Source: Vulcanimicrobiota bacterium (GTDB lineage: Bacteria; Vulcanimicrobiota; Vulcanimicrobiia; Vulcanimicrobiales; Vulcanimicrobiaceae). Taken from it: DNA of 64,000 nt. The notes beneath the pieces were generated by a model. That model was given only the letters and a program-made list of their open reading frames with translations. It did no database searches and was not told the DNA's origin. The stretch covers positions 853,003-917,002 of the forward strand of contig CAWBQB010000003.1 in NCBI GenBank assembly GCA_963790985.1, read 5' to 3'. How positions within the stretch are numbered: position 1 is the first letter of the stretch; every line of letters begins with the position of its first letter. The translations under genes were made by a program, and so were the position numbers. Shown one piece after another: positions 39,547 through 48,299 of the stretch.

Positions 39547-40031
39547 TTCTCACGACGCCGGCGCAGATCCGGGCGCTCCTGGACGCCACGCGAACGGTTG
39601 CGATGGTCGGTGCGTCGGGCAACCCGCTGCGCCCGAGCTACACCGTCTTCTCCTACCTGCGCACGCAAACGCCGTACGACGTCGCGCCGATCAATCCGAC
39701 GCTACAGCAAATAGACGGCGTCGCCGCCTACCCGTCGTTGGCGGCGTACGCGGCGCAGCGCGGGGCGCCCGGCCTCGTAGACGTCTTTCGCAAGCCCGAA
39801 GAGCTCGTCGCCGTCGTCGCCGATGCCATCGCTGCGGGCGCGCGAGCGATCTGGTTTCAGTACGGCGTCGTCAATCCCGAGGCCATCGCGCGCGCCGACG
39901 AAGCGGGGCTGGACGTCGTCGTGGACCGTTGCGTGAAAGTCGAGTACGCAAGGCTGCACGGGGGCCTGGCGACGGCGGGCCTCAACAGCGGCGTCATCAC
40001 GTCGCGCCGCGCGCGCCTGGAACGTCCCTAG
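39543..40031 (+). CDS. CoA-binding domain protein (YccU/YneT-like)
   Basis: TVAMVGASGNPLRPSY...VDVFRKPE...IWFQYGV pattern. The GTG overlaps the metY stop (GTGA). Confidence 0.75.
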   Translation: MILTTPAQIRALLDATRTVAMVGASGNPLRPSYTVFSYLRTQTPYDVAPINPTLQQIDGVAAYPSLAAYAAQRGAPGLVDVFRKPEELVAVVADAIAAGARAIWFQYGVVNPEAIARADEAGLDVVVDRCVKVEYARLHGGLATAGLNSGVITSRRARLERP

Positions 40032-40498
40032 CGGCTCGGCGGCTTCAGCGCCGGATCCGGGATACCGTTCGGGCAGATCTTCGCCTGCGCCGCGGGTGAG
40101 ACGTAGTACAAGTGCACGTCGTAGTGCGGCACCGGATACCCGGGATGCCCGTGCGGTTCGAACTCGAAATCCATGTGATCGATCTGATACCCGGGCAGCG
40201 CGCGGACGTTGGCCCGGCTGAAGCCCTTGCTTAGCTGCGTCAGGGAGACCATGATCTCGGTGAAGACGGGCTTGCCTTCCCACGTGCCGTAGATCGGCCC
40301 GTTCGGCATGTCTTTGAGCGCGGCCCAATGCTCGCCCATCGTCTGGATGCACGGCGACACCATCACGGCGTCGCTTGGGATGCCGGCCGGATGGACGGCC
40401 GGCTGCGGCGGCAGCATCGAGCTTCCCGCGGCGACGGCAGCCGCGGGAGCGAGGCCGAGAAGGATGGCTGAGGCGAGAACCGGTGCAAGCGTGCGCAT
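40028..40498 (-). CDS. Secreted hypothetical protein
   Basis: ATG 40498 gives MRTLAPVLASAILLGLAPAAAVAAG, a signal peptide. His-rich motifs FEFEPHGHPGYPVPHYDVHLYY are present. The Arg-rich N-terminal extension of the track ORF was rejected. Confidence 0.6.
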   Translation of the reverse strand: MRTLAPVLASAILLGLAPAAAVAAGSSMLPPQPAVHPAGIPSDAVMVSPCIQTMGEHWAALKDMPNGPIYGTWEGKPVFTEIMVSLTQLSKGFSRANVRALPGYQIDHMDFEFEPHGHPGYPVPHYDVHLYYVSPAAQAKICPNGIPDPALKPPSR

Positions 40499-40512
40499 GC
40501 CGTACCGTTCCG

Positions 40513-41601
40513 TTACGAGGCGGTGAGCTCCTCGGCGTCCAGCGAGCAGCCGCGCGCCGGCGCATCCGTCTCGCGCCCGATGAGGACGAAGCCGTCGTCC
40601 CGTCGCACGCCGACGTCCTCGGTGGCGATCGCAACGCACGTGGAGCGGTTCGCCAGGTCCACGTGCACGAGGGCGCCCGCGGTACCCGGCGGCAGGGTCT
40701 CGCCCTGCGGCCCCACGACGCGCGCGCGCAGCCACGGCGGAGCGGCTTTCTTACCGCTTGCCGGCGGCGCGTCGTAGTACTGCGACGCCAGCTCGGTCAT
40801 GCCGTATTCGGAGAAGATCGCCGAGCTCGCCAATCCGAAGCGTTCGCAGATCGCCGCGTAGAGCTCGTCTCGCGCGACGATGCGCGTCCTTCCCTTGAAA
40901 CCGCCCGTCTCCATAACGCGCGATCCCGCGGGAAGCGCGAAGCGCACGCCGCGCTCGGACATGCTCTCGAGGAGCCGCACTAACGCGAAGGCCGTCGCCG
41001 CCACGCAAACCGGCTGGGCCAGCGCGATCGCGGCCCGCACGTCGCCTTCGAACGATTCGACGAGCAGCTCGTCCCCGCGAACGTACCAGCCGGCCGCACC
41101 GTCACCCCGGGTCGCGCTTACGCGAGCCATCATGTAGCCCAGCGACGAGTGCGGCCGCTCCGCCGGGTTAGGCACGAGGTTGAGGTAGCGCAGCCGCGCC
41201 CCGTCGCCGAGCACGAAACGGTCGAAGCCAGCCAAGAGCGATGCGTCGTAGAGCGCGCTCGTCTCCATATAGGTGCGGCCGCTCGCTCCGCGGCTCGTTC
41301 CGCTCGTCTCGAAGACCAGCTCGGCTCGGCGACCGTCGAACGTCGTCAGCACCGCCTCTTTGAACGCGGCGGCGGGTACGGGGACGATGCCTTCCCAGGA
41401 TGAAGGCGGCTCGGCCAGCGTGACGCCGAGACGCGCGCAGTAGCGCGCGTACGGCTCGTTGTAGCGAAGCTGATGCGCGAACACGCGCAACGCAAGGTCG
41501 TTGAAAGCGCCGTCGTCGAGTGCGGCTCCCGTGGCATGCCACGCCGCGATGACGCCGAGAATCTCGGCGTCCAGCGCGCGGGCCTGCGCCTCGTAGGCCA
41601 G
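40513..41601 (-). CDS. LuxE-like acyl-protein synthetase / adenylate-forming enzyme (start uncertain)
   Basis: FETSGTS, SEYGMTE and the overall pattern resemble the LuxE/ANL superfamily. The in-frame region upstream of TTG 41490 still looks coding (…GAFNDLALRVFAHQ). The upstream-most near-cognate start is CTG 41601, right after the rplQ stop. Confidence 0.6.
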   Translation of the reverse strand: MAYEAQARALDAEILGVIAAWHATGAALDDGAFNDLALRVFAHQLRYNEPYARYCARLGVTLAEPPSSWEGIVPVPAAAFKEAVLTTFDGRRAELVFETSGTSRGASGRTYMETSALYDASLLAGFDRFVLGDGARLRYLNLVPNPAERPHSSLGYMMARVSATRGDGAAGWYVRGDELLVESFEGDVRAAIALAQPVCVAATAFALVRLLESMSERGVRFALPAGSRVMETGGFKGRTRIVARDELYAAICERFGLASSAIFSEYGMTELASQYYDAPPASGKKAAPPWLRARVVGPQGETLPPGTAGALVHVDLANRSTCVAIATEDVGVRRDDGFVLIGRETDAPARGCSLDAEELTAS

Positions 41602-41603
41602 GG

Positions 41604-41957
41604 TTACGTAACGAGCTCGATGAGCGACAGCTCCGCGGCGTCGCCCGAGCGCACGCGCGTCTTCGTGATGCGCGTGTAGCCGCCCGACCGCCCTTTGAGC
41701 GCGGGTGCGATCTGCTCGACGAGCTTCTTGACGACGGCGGGCTCCGTGATGAACTCGGCGAGCTGGCGGCGAGCGGCGAGATCGCCGCCCATCGCCGTCG
41801 TGATCAGGCGCTCGGCAACGCGACTGATCTCCTTGGCCTTCGTCGAGGTCGTCTCGATCTTCTCGTGTTTGAAGAGCGACGTGGCGAGGTTGCGCAGCAG
41901 CGCCTTACGGTGGCCGTCGGTGCGCGAGAGTCGTTTGTACGCGATGGAATGCGGCAT
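41604..41957 (-). CDS. rplQ: 50S ribosomal protein L17
   Basis: MPHSIAYKRLSRTDGHRKALLRNLATSLFKHEKIETT. Confidence 0.95.
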   Translation of the reverse strand: MPHSIAYKRLSRTDGHRKALLRNLATSLFKHEKIETTSTKAKEISRVAERLITTAMGGDLAARRQLAEFITEPAVVKKLVEQIAPALKGRSGGYTRITKTRVRSGDAAELSLIELVT

Positions 41958-41972
41958 TGTAATTTTGCAACG

Positions 41973-42899
41973 CTACGATTGTCGCAGCGTCAGCCCCCTC
42001 TCCGCGAGAACTTGTTTGATTTCGTCGAGCGACTTCTTGCCGAAGTTCCGCATCTTCATGATCTCGTCCTCGGTGAGGTCCAGCAGTTCGGAGACCTTCG
42101 AGATGCCTGCGCGTTTGAGGCAGTTGAACGAGCGCACCGAGAGATTGAGCGTCTCCACGGGAATGTCCCATTCGTTCGGCGGCGCCTCGGGCAGCGGTTC
42201 CGCGCGATTCGTGAACGACACGAAGAGGTCGAGCTGCTCCTGCATGATCGCGGCCGCAGTCGAGAGCGCCTCGTCGGGCGTGATCGAGCCGTTCGTCTCG
42301 ATCTCGACGGTGAGACGGTCGAAGTCCACGCTCTGTCCGACGCGCGTATCGTCTACGGTGAAGTTCACCTTGCGAATCGGCGAGAAGATCGAGTCGAGCG
42401 GGATGAGGCCGATCATATGCTCCACGTTGCGCTGGCGGTCGGCCATGACGTAGCCGCGCCCTTTCTCTACGCCGATCTCCATCGTCAGCTTGGCGTCTTT
42501 CGCCGAGAGCGTGCAGAGGCGGTACTCGGGGTCGAGGATCTCGACGTCGGCGTCGGGCACGATGTCGGCGGCGGTTACGTCGCGCGCTCCGCTCACCGAA
42601 AGCGTAAGCACCTTCGGCTCGTCGCTGTTGAGCTTAACGGGCAACCCCTTGAGGTTGAGCATGAGCGCGATGGTGTCTTCGACCATCCCGGGGATCGTGG
42701 AGAACTCGTGCAGGACGCCGTCGATCTTCATATAGGTGACGGCCGCACCGGGAATGCAGCTGAGCAGTATCCGGCGAAGCGCGTTGCCGAGGGTTATGCC
42801 GAAGCCGCGCTCGAGCGGTTCGACGACGAACTTCGCATAGTTGTCCCGGCGCTCGCGCACTTCGATCGTCGCGCCGGCAGGCGTTTCCAACATGGTCAT
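41973..42899 (-). CDS. rpoA: DNA-directed RNA polymerase subunit alpha
   Basis: FVVEPLERGFGITLGNALRRILLS... with a C-terminal domain ...LNLSVRSFNCLKRAGI. Confidence 0.95.
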   Translation of the reverse strand: MTMLETPAGATIEVRERRDNYAKFVVEPLERGFGITLGNALRRILLSCIPGAAVTYMKIDGVLHEFSTIPGMVEDTIALMLNLKGLPVKLNSDEPKVLTLSVSGARDVTAADIVPDADVEILDPEYRLCTLSAKDAKLTMEIGVEKGRGYVMADRQRNVEHMIGLIPLDSIFSPIRKVNFTVDDTRVGQSVDFDRLTVEIETNGSITPDEALSTAAAIMQEQLDLFVSFTNRAEPLPEAPPNEWDIPVETLNLSVRSFNCLKRAGISKVSELLDLTEDEIMKMRNFGKKSLDEIKQVLAERGLTLRQS

Positions 42900-42941
42900 C
42901 TGGTCTAACGGTTTCCTTTGTAGCCGCTTACGTTATCCGTC

Positions 42942-42962
42942 GCATCCCGGTTTGCGGGATGC
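42942..42962 (-). promoter_or_regulatory. Perfect 8-bp hairpin in the rpsD-rpoA intergenic region
   Basis: The minus strand reads GCATCCCG-caaac-CGGGATGC with no U-run, so it may be a processing or attenuation element. Confidence 0.35.
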
Positions 42963-42997
42963 GGCGATCGGACGCCTAGCGGCGGCGTGGGTGAGGT

Positions 42998-43654
42998 TTA
43001 ACGCGAATAGTATTCGACGATGAGCTGTTCGTCGACCGGCGTGTCGATCTGCTCGCGCGGCGGCGGCTGCAGCACCTTAGCGGCCTTCTCCTGGTCGTTC
43101 CATTCGAGCCACTCGGGGGGCCGGCGGCTCTGCGCGACTTCGAGGTTCGACGCGAAGACCGGCGACTTGAGGCTGCCGGGCGCGATCGTGATCACGTCGC
43201 CGGGTTTTACGACGTACGACGGAACGTTCACGATCCGTCCGTTCACGCGGAAATGACGGTGGGTGACGAGTTGGCGCGCCTGGGCGCGGCTGGAAGCCAG
43301 ATTCAGGCGGTAGACCACGTTGTCGAGCCGGCGCTCCAGCAGCGCGAGGAACGTGCGTCCAGTTTGTCCCGGAACGCGCGCGGCCTCGCGGAAGTAATTC
43401 TCGAACTGCGTTTCGTGCACGCCGTAGTAGCGGCGCATCTTCTGCTTCTCGCGCAGTTGGCGGCCGTACTCCGAGACCTTCGTGCGCGACTTGCCCGCGG
43501 TCTTCTGGCCCGGCGCCGTTCCGCGCCGCTCCACGGCGCAGTTGCGCGAGAGACAGCGGTCGCCTTTGAGGAAGAGTTTGATTTTTTCGCCGGTCTTGCT
43601 GGCCGCCGTCTCGCGGCGGCAGAGCCGGCAGACCGGCCCGGTGTAACGCGACAT
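42998..43654 (-). CDS. rpsD: 30S ribosomal protein S4
   Basis: [15 protein letters not shown]...[10 protein letters not shown]... with an S4 RNA-binding domain. Confidence 0.95.
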   Translation of the reverse strand: MSRYTGPVCRLCRRETAASKTGEKIKLFLKGDRCLSRNCAVERRGTAPGQKTAGKSRTKVSEYGRQLREKQKMRRYYGVHETQFENYFREAARVPGQTGRTFLALLERRLDNVVYRLNLASSRAQARQLVTHRHFRVNGRIVNVPSYVVKPGDVITIAPGSLKSPVFASNLEVAQSRRPPEWLEWNDQEKAAKVLQPPPREQIDTPVDEQLIVEYYSR

Positions 43655-43662
43655 CCTGCCCC

Positions 43663-44058
43663 CTAAACCCGGCGCCGCTTCGGCGGGCGGCAGCCGTTGT
43701 GCGGGATGGGCGTCACGTCCTTGATCATGGTGATCTCGAGGCCCGCCGCCTGCAGCGAGCGGATCGCAGCTTCGCGTCCGGCTCCCGGCCCCTTCACCAT
43801 GACTTCGGTTGACTTCATGCCGTGTTCCATCGCCTTGCGGGCGGCCGCCTCGGCGGCCATTTGGGCGGCAAACGGGGTCGACTTCTTCGACCCCTTAAAT
43901 CCGAGATTGCCGGCCGACGCCCAGGAGATGACTCCACCGTGCGGGTCGCTGATCGTGACGATCGTATTGTTGAACGACGCGTGCACGTGCGCAACGCCGG
44001 AGAGGACGTTCTTTACCTCTCGCTTGCGTCGCGTCTTCGTTTGCTTCTTGGCAGCCAA
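43663..44058 (-). CDS. rpsK: 30S ribosomal protein S11
   Basis: [30 protein letters not shown]. The start is TTG, with GGAG 7 nt upstream. Confidence 0.95.
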   Translation of the reverse strand: MAAKKQTKTRRKREVKNVLSGVAHVHASFNNTIVTISDPHGGVISWASAGNLGFKGSKKSTPFAAQMAAEAAARKAMEHGMKSTEVMVKGPGAGREAAIRSLQAAGLEITMIKDVTPIPHNGCRPPKRRRV

Positions 44059-44120
44059 AAATATCTCCGAATGAAGTGAGGGCGTGGTGAGCCGGGGGCG
44101 CCTTGCGGCACCAAGTGAGT

Positions 44121-44150
44121 ATCTTACCTTAGGACCCGAATCCCGGTCAA
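44121..44150 (-). promoter_or_regulatory. Sigma70-like promoter upstream of rpsK
   Basis: The minus strand reads TTGACC-N18-TAAGAT, about 60 nt upstream of the rpsK start and directly after the terminator hairpin of the inserted genes. Confidence 0.5.
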
Positions 44151-44155
44151 ATACT

Positions 44156-44184
44156 AGGGGCCCTGCCTGATAGGCCGGGCCCCT
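44156..44184 (-). terminator. Terminator hairpin after the downstream OMP paralog
   Basis: The minus strand reads AGGGGCCC-(13 nt)-GGGCCCCT followed by AGTATTT, about 25 nt after the stop at 44209. Confidence 0.5.
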
Positions 44185-44208
44185 TCCGACGACCGGGTGC
44201 CCGGCCGC

Positions 44209-45537
44209 CTACGGGTAAAGGAAGCGGAATCCGATCCCGGCAAACGGCCCGTTGTAGGACCGGTTCACCGGGGCGTTCTGCTTGTTCGTCCAGCTGTCGC
44301 CCATCCAGCCGGCTTCGATGAAGAGCGGGCTGCGGCCGAAAGCGTAGTCGATCCCGCCCTGGTATTTCAGGATATTGTACGCCAGGCCGTAGGACGAGGG
44401 GCTCCCGGGAGCCACGGCCGTGGCCGGGACGGAGTACGTCCCCTTGACGTTCGGGTAGTACCAGACGTTGCCGAAGAACGAGAACGCGTGGTTGAGGTCG
44501 GGCAGCTTCTCGATGCCGTACCCCACGGCGTTCATGTTCGGGTAGCCGTAGTTGTTCGATACCCAGAGGTAGCCGACGCCGATGTAGACGCGCGGGTCGA
44601 GCACGCGAACGCCCAGCCGCAGGTCCACGTTCTGGTCCCAGAGCGGCGAGGTCGTGGTTACCGCGGTGCTGCCCTGGCCTCCGATGGTCGTGACGTAGCA
44701 CGACGGTGCGAACGACCCGTTGACCGAGACGCTGCAGTTGTGCGGGTACTGCCAGTGCTCGAAAGCCCCCTCGATCATGAAGGGGATGCGGCCGAGATTG
44801 AACTCGCCGCCGCCTCGAATCGCATACGAGTTGCTGCCGCTGTTCCCAGGGCTGAACTCGTTGTAGACCTTAGGTGAGAAGACGTAGTCGCCCGCAACGA
44901 ACGCTTCGGATGCCGGCGGTGGCATCGGAGTAGGCGTCGGCGGGGGCGGGGGCGGAGCCGTCGGCGGCGGCGGAGCCGGGCTGGGCGGCGGCGTCGGCGG
45001 AATGTACCGCACGACGACCAGACGCTTGTCCGGAACCCACTGCACGTACGCGCCCATTCCCTCGGAGATGACGCGAATCGGCACGAGCACCGTACCCTGG
45101 TAGATGATCGGCGGCACGTCCAGCGGACGAGCTTCGCCGTTGATGACGACTTCCGGTTTGCCGACGGTCACTTTGACCTCGGCGCCGGGCTTGGTCACCG
45201 TCGCCGTCTGGCTGCCCGCGTCGTACGACACCGTCGCGCCCATCTGCTCGAACATCGAGCGAAGCGGGATCAGGATCGTGCCGCCCTTCACCAGCGCCGC
45301 GAGAACGCGGCCCTGCTTGAGAACGTCGGGCTTGGAATAGACGTGGTGATCGTTATAAAGGATGGGGATCTGGCCGGAGGGCGGACTTCCAAAGTCCGCC
45401 GGCGGGGGCCCGCCGGATTGCGCGACGCCGTTTCCAGTGTTTCCTTGCGTCGACGCGAGCGACGGAGCCGCGACCGCGCCAAATCCGCAGAACGCAGCGA
45501 ACAGCGCTGCGAGTACCCCGGTGCGAGTTCGTTTCAC
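44209..45537 (-). CDS. Outer-membrane-type protein, paralog A: signal peptide + Cu-amine-oxidase-N domain + poly-Pro linker + C-terminal beta-barrel-like domain
   Basis: GTG 45537 has AAGGAGG 5 nt upstream, the same context as paralog B. Features include VKRTRTGVLAALFAAFCGFGAVAAPSLAS, GTILIPLRSMFEQMGATVSYD...VINGEARPLDVPPIIYQGTVLVPIRVISEGMGAYVQW, PPTPPPSPAPPPPTAPPPPPPTP, and an aromatic/Gly/Asn-rich C-terminal half ending GIGFRFLYP. Confidence 0.8.
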   Translation of the reverse strand: MKRTRTGVLAALFAAFCGFGAVAAPSLASTQGNTGNGVAQSGGPPPADFGSPPSGQIPILYNDHHVYSKPDVLKQGRVLAALVKGGTILIPLRSMFEQMGATVSYDAGSQTATVTKPGAEVKVTVGKPEVVINGEARPLDVPPIIYQGTVLVPIRVISEGMGAYVQWVPDKRLVVVRYIPPTPPPSPAPPPPTAPPPPPPTPTPMPPPASEAFVAGDYVFSPKVYNEFSPGNSGSNSYAIRGGGEFNLGRIPFMIEGAFEHWQYPHNCSVSVNGSFAPSCYVTTIGGQGSTAVTTTSPLWDQNVDLRLGVRVLDPRVYIGVGYLWVSNNYGYPNMNAVGYGIEKLPDLNHAFSFFGNVWYYPNVKGTYSVPATAVAPGSPSSYGLAYNILKYQGGIDYAFGRSPLFIEAGWMGDSWTNKQNAPVNRSYNGPFAGIGFRFLYP

Positions 45538-45548
45538 GAGTGCCTCCT
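44936..45548. repeat. Near-identical direct repeat, copy A (5' half of OMP paralog A plus its RBS)
   Basis: It aligns without gaps to 46390-47002 at a constant offset of 1454 nt. I count about 17 mismatches in about 610 nt by eye. Confidence 0.85.
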
Positions 45549-45668
45549 TATCGTACATGCCTCCCGGCATACTTGCCCCACGGCGAGCGGCGGTAAACCG
45601 CGGAGGTTTGAAAAGCGCAAGGCGCCCCCTCAACCGAGGAAGCGCCCTGCAGATTAGCCGCTGGGTTG

Positions 45669-46991
45669 CTAGAAGGGCAGGAAGATGAGCAGACCCCCGT
45701 ACGCACCGTTAACGGTGTACGAAATCGGGTAGTTGTTCTTGTTCGCGCCATTCTCGCCGGCCCACCCGAGGTCGAGTGCGACGGACGGGATGAACGCCCA
45801 GTCCACGCCCACCTTGTACTTCAGCAGGTTGTACCCTACGCCGAACGTCTGGCCCGGCGGGATCGCGTTGGAACCGGTCGTGTACGATCCCTTGAAGTTC
45901 GGGTAGTAGTAGACGGAGCCGTAGTACGAGAACGCGTGGTTGTAGTCGGGGAGCTTTTCGAGCCCGCCGCCCACCGCGTTCAAGTTCGGATAGCCGTAGT
46001 TGTTCGAGCCCCAGATGTAGCCCACCGCAACGTACACGTGCGGGTTGAAAATCTTGAACCCGAGACGCGCGTCGAAATCACGATTGACCGCGGTGAAGCC
46101 CGGTACGTAGGTGGAGCCTCTGCTGCCGATCGTGGTCACGTAGCATTGCGGAGAGCTTTGCGCCGATGCGCTCGATTGCGGCACGCCGCAGTTGTGCGGG
46201 TACTGCCAGTTGTTGTAGTCCACTTCAACCATGAGCGGCAGGGCAAAGGCGTCGAACGCCATCCCGCCGCGAACGCTGAACGAGCCTGCCCCGCCGTTGC
46301 CCGGCGAGAACTCGTTGTACATTTTCGGGTTGAACAGGTAATCGCCGGCGACGAACGCGACGTTCGGCGGCGGCTTAGGCGGTGCCGGAGTCGGCGGGGG
46401 CGGGGGCGGAGCCGTCGGCGGCGGCGGAGCCGGGCTGGGCGGCGGCGTCGGCGGGATGTACCGCACGACGACCAAACGCTTGTCCGGAACCCACTGCACG
46501 TACGCGCCCATTCCCTCGGAGATGACGCGAATCGGCACGAGCACCGTACCCTGGTAGATGATCGGCGGCACGTCCAGCGGACGAGCTTCGCCGTTGATGA
46601 CGACTTCCGGTTTGCCGACGGTCACTTTGACCTCGGCGCCGGGCTTGGTCACCGTCGCCGTCTGGCTGCCCGCATCGTACGACACCGTCGCGCCCATTTG
46701 CTCGAACATCGAGCGAAGCGGGATCAGAATCGTGCCGCCCTTGACCAGCGCCGCGAGAACGCGGCCCTGCTTGAGAACGTCGGGCTTGGAATAGACGTGG
46801 TGATCGTTGTAAAGGATGGGGATCTGGCCGGAGGGCGGACTTCCAAAGTCCGCCGGCGGGGGCCCGCCGGTTTGCGCGACGCCGTTTCCAATGTTTCCTT
46901 GCGTCGACGCGAGCGACGGAGCCGCGACCGCGCTAAACGCGCAGCATGCTGCGAACAGCGCTGCGAGTACCCCGGTGCGAGTTCGTTTCAC
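45669..46991 (-). CDS. Outer-membrane-type protein, paralog B (same architecture as paralog A)
   Basis: GTG 46991 has GGAGG 5 nt upstream. The N-terminal roughly 200 aa are nearly identical to paralog A. The C-terminal half has diverged but keeps NWQYPHNC, CYVTTIG, GYPNLNAVG and EKLPDYNHAFS, and ends LLIFLPF. Confidence 0.8.
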   Translation of the reverse strand: MKRTRTGVLAALFAACCAFSAVAAPSLASTQGNIGNGVAQTGGPPPADFGSPPSGQIPILYNDHHVYSKPDVLKQGRVLAALVKGGTILIPLRSMFEQMGATVSYDAGSQTATVTKPGAEVKVTVGKPEVVINGEARPLDVPPIIYQGTVLVPIRVISEGMGAYVQWVPDKRLVVVRYIPPTPPPSPAPPPPTAPPPPPPTPAPPKPPPNVAFVAGDYLFNPKMYNEFSPGNGGAGSFSVRGGMAFDAFALPLMVEVDYNNWQYPHNCGVPQSSASAQSSPQCYVTTIGSRGSTYVPGFTAVNRDFDARLGFKIFNPHVYVAVGYIWGSNNYGYPNLNAVGGGLEKLPDYNHAFSYYGSVYYYPNFKGSYTTGSNAIPPGQTFGVGYNLLKYKVGVDWAFIPSVALDLGWAGENGANKNNYPISYTVNGAYGGLLIFLPF

Positions 46992-47002
46992 GAATGCCTC
47001 CT
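46390..47002. repeat. Near-identical direct repeat, copy B
   Basis: See copy A (44936-45548). Confidence 0.85.
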
Positions 47003-47099
47003 TGAGTTAACTTGGCTCTTTTGGGACGGGCCGTGCCCGGCCCAAGTTAAGGAGCGAGCAGCGCCGTCGGCGCTTGCCCGTCCTTTAAAAAGATAGCCG

Positions 47100-48299
47100 T
47101 TATTGCCCCACAGCGCAACGTGATAAGCGCCAGAGCCACGCAATTCCTACCAAAGTCTCACACAATGCCAATGTAAATGCGACGCGCGGACCTTGCGACG
47201 AATTCGTCAGCGCCAACCGCTGCAAGAGAGCGGTCGTCAGCGCGGGCGCGGCAATTTGCGGAAGCACGACGGCCAGATTCCAAACGCCCATCGCCGCTGC
47301 CATCGAACCCGTCGGCAGCACGCGGCATGCAATCGCCCAGTCGGCTACGAGAAAAACTCCCCATCCCGCGCCCGCAAGCAGCGTCGCTGCCACGACGCCG
47401 GCCAGCGCGTGCGACGCGATGAACAGCGCGAGCGCGCCGATGAACGCCGCTGCGCCGATCGTCGCAACGAGCCTGCGGTCGAGCCGATCGCTCGGCCGCG
47501 CGGCGAGCGCCGCGCCGCCCGCGCTCACGATCGTGAACGTCACGATGAGGATGCCCGTCTCGCGCCGCGCGCCGGCCAGCGACGTCGCGCCCAGTACCGC
47601 GGTGACGTAAAAAAGCAAATAGCCCAAGAGCGTGTAGAAGCCGACGTAGACGAGCGCGCGCGAAATGAAGAGATCCACGAACGCGCGCGTCACGCGCGCG
47701 CGCGGCTGCGTTTCGTCGCCGGTCGAGAGCGCGAGACGGCGCGCGTGATCCGCAGTAACCGCCCAGCACGCGACCAGCAGCCCCGCGAGAGCGCCGCTCA
47801 ATACGCGTGCGTTCGCAATGAAGCTCGCCGCCAGGGCCCCGACGGCGTTGCCTGCCCCTTGAAGCGCGGCCATCCACGACGACGCCGCCCCGATGCGCGA
47901 CCGATCCACGAAATCCGGGATGATCGCCTGATAGGGACCGATCGCAACGTTGAGCGAGGCCTGCAGCGCGACGAACGCAACCGTCAGCGCGGCCAGCGTC
48001 GGGGCGTCGTAAAAGAACACGAGCGCGACCGCGCCTCCGAACGCGCCCACGGCGTAGAACTCGATGCGCCGGCTGCCGCGCCGCCGCCGCGCGTCCGACC
48101 AGACGCCCACGACGACCTGCGCGACCGCCGCTACGATCGCGCCGATCGTCGCGAGACGACCGTACGCGAGCAGCGCGTCTGCGGGAGCGAGCTCGATCGT
48201 TCGCGACTGCAGCGAGATTCCGAGCAGGGCTCCCCAGACGGCTTGAATGCCTAGCCAGAAGAGCGCGAGGCGGAATGGATTAGCCGTGCGCGCAGGCAT
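47100..48299 (-). CDS. MFS-type transporter (12 TM)
   Basis: 399 aa and hydrophobic throughout. An Arg-rich loop (DARRRRGSRR) follows TM2, as in the MFS motif A position. Confidence 0.75.
   Translation of the reverse strand: MPARTANPFRLALFWLGIQAVWGALLGISLQSRTIELAPADALLAYGRLATIGAIVAAVAQVVVGVWSDARRRRGSRRIEFYAVGAFGGAVALVFFYDAPTLAALTVAFVALQASLNVAIGPYQAIIPDFVDRSRIGAASSWMAALQGAGNAVGALAASFIANARVLSGALAGLLVACWAVTADHARRLALSTGDETQPRARVTRAFVDLFISRALVYVGFYTLLGYLLFYVTAVLGATSLAGARRETGILIVTFTIVSAGGAALAARPSDRLDRRLVATIGAAAFIGALALFIASHALAGVVAATLLAGAGWGVFLVADWAIACRVLPTGSMAAAMGVWNLAVVLPQIAAPALTTALLQRLALTNSSQGPRVAFTLALCETLVGIAWLWRLSRCAVGQ

Noticed and set aside
45538-45633. Upstream ATG starts (MRGRLALF... / MYDKEAL...) for OMP paralog A.
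   Set aside because: Paralog B starts at the homologous GTG, with an identical GGAGG-N5 context. The sequence upstream of that point is not conserved between the copies.
47003-47099. Hairpins (GGGCCG-n4-CGGCCC and AGCGCCG-n1-CGGCGCT) between the MFS stop and the OMP paralog B start, as a terminator.
   Set aside because: No U-tract follows either stem on the transcribed strand. They may modulate expression, but I cannot support a terminator call.
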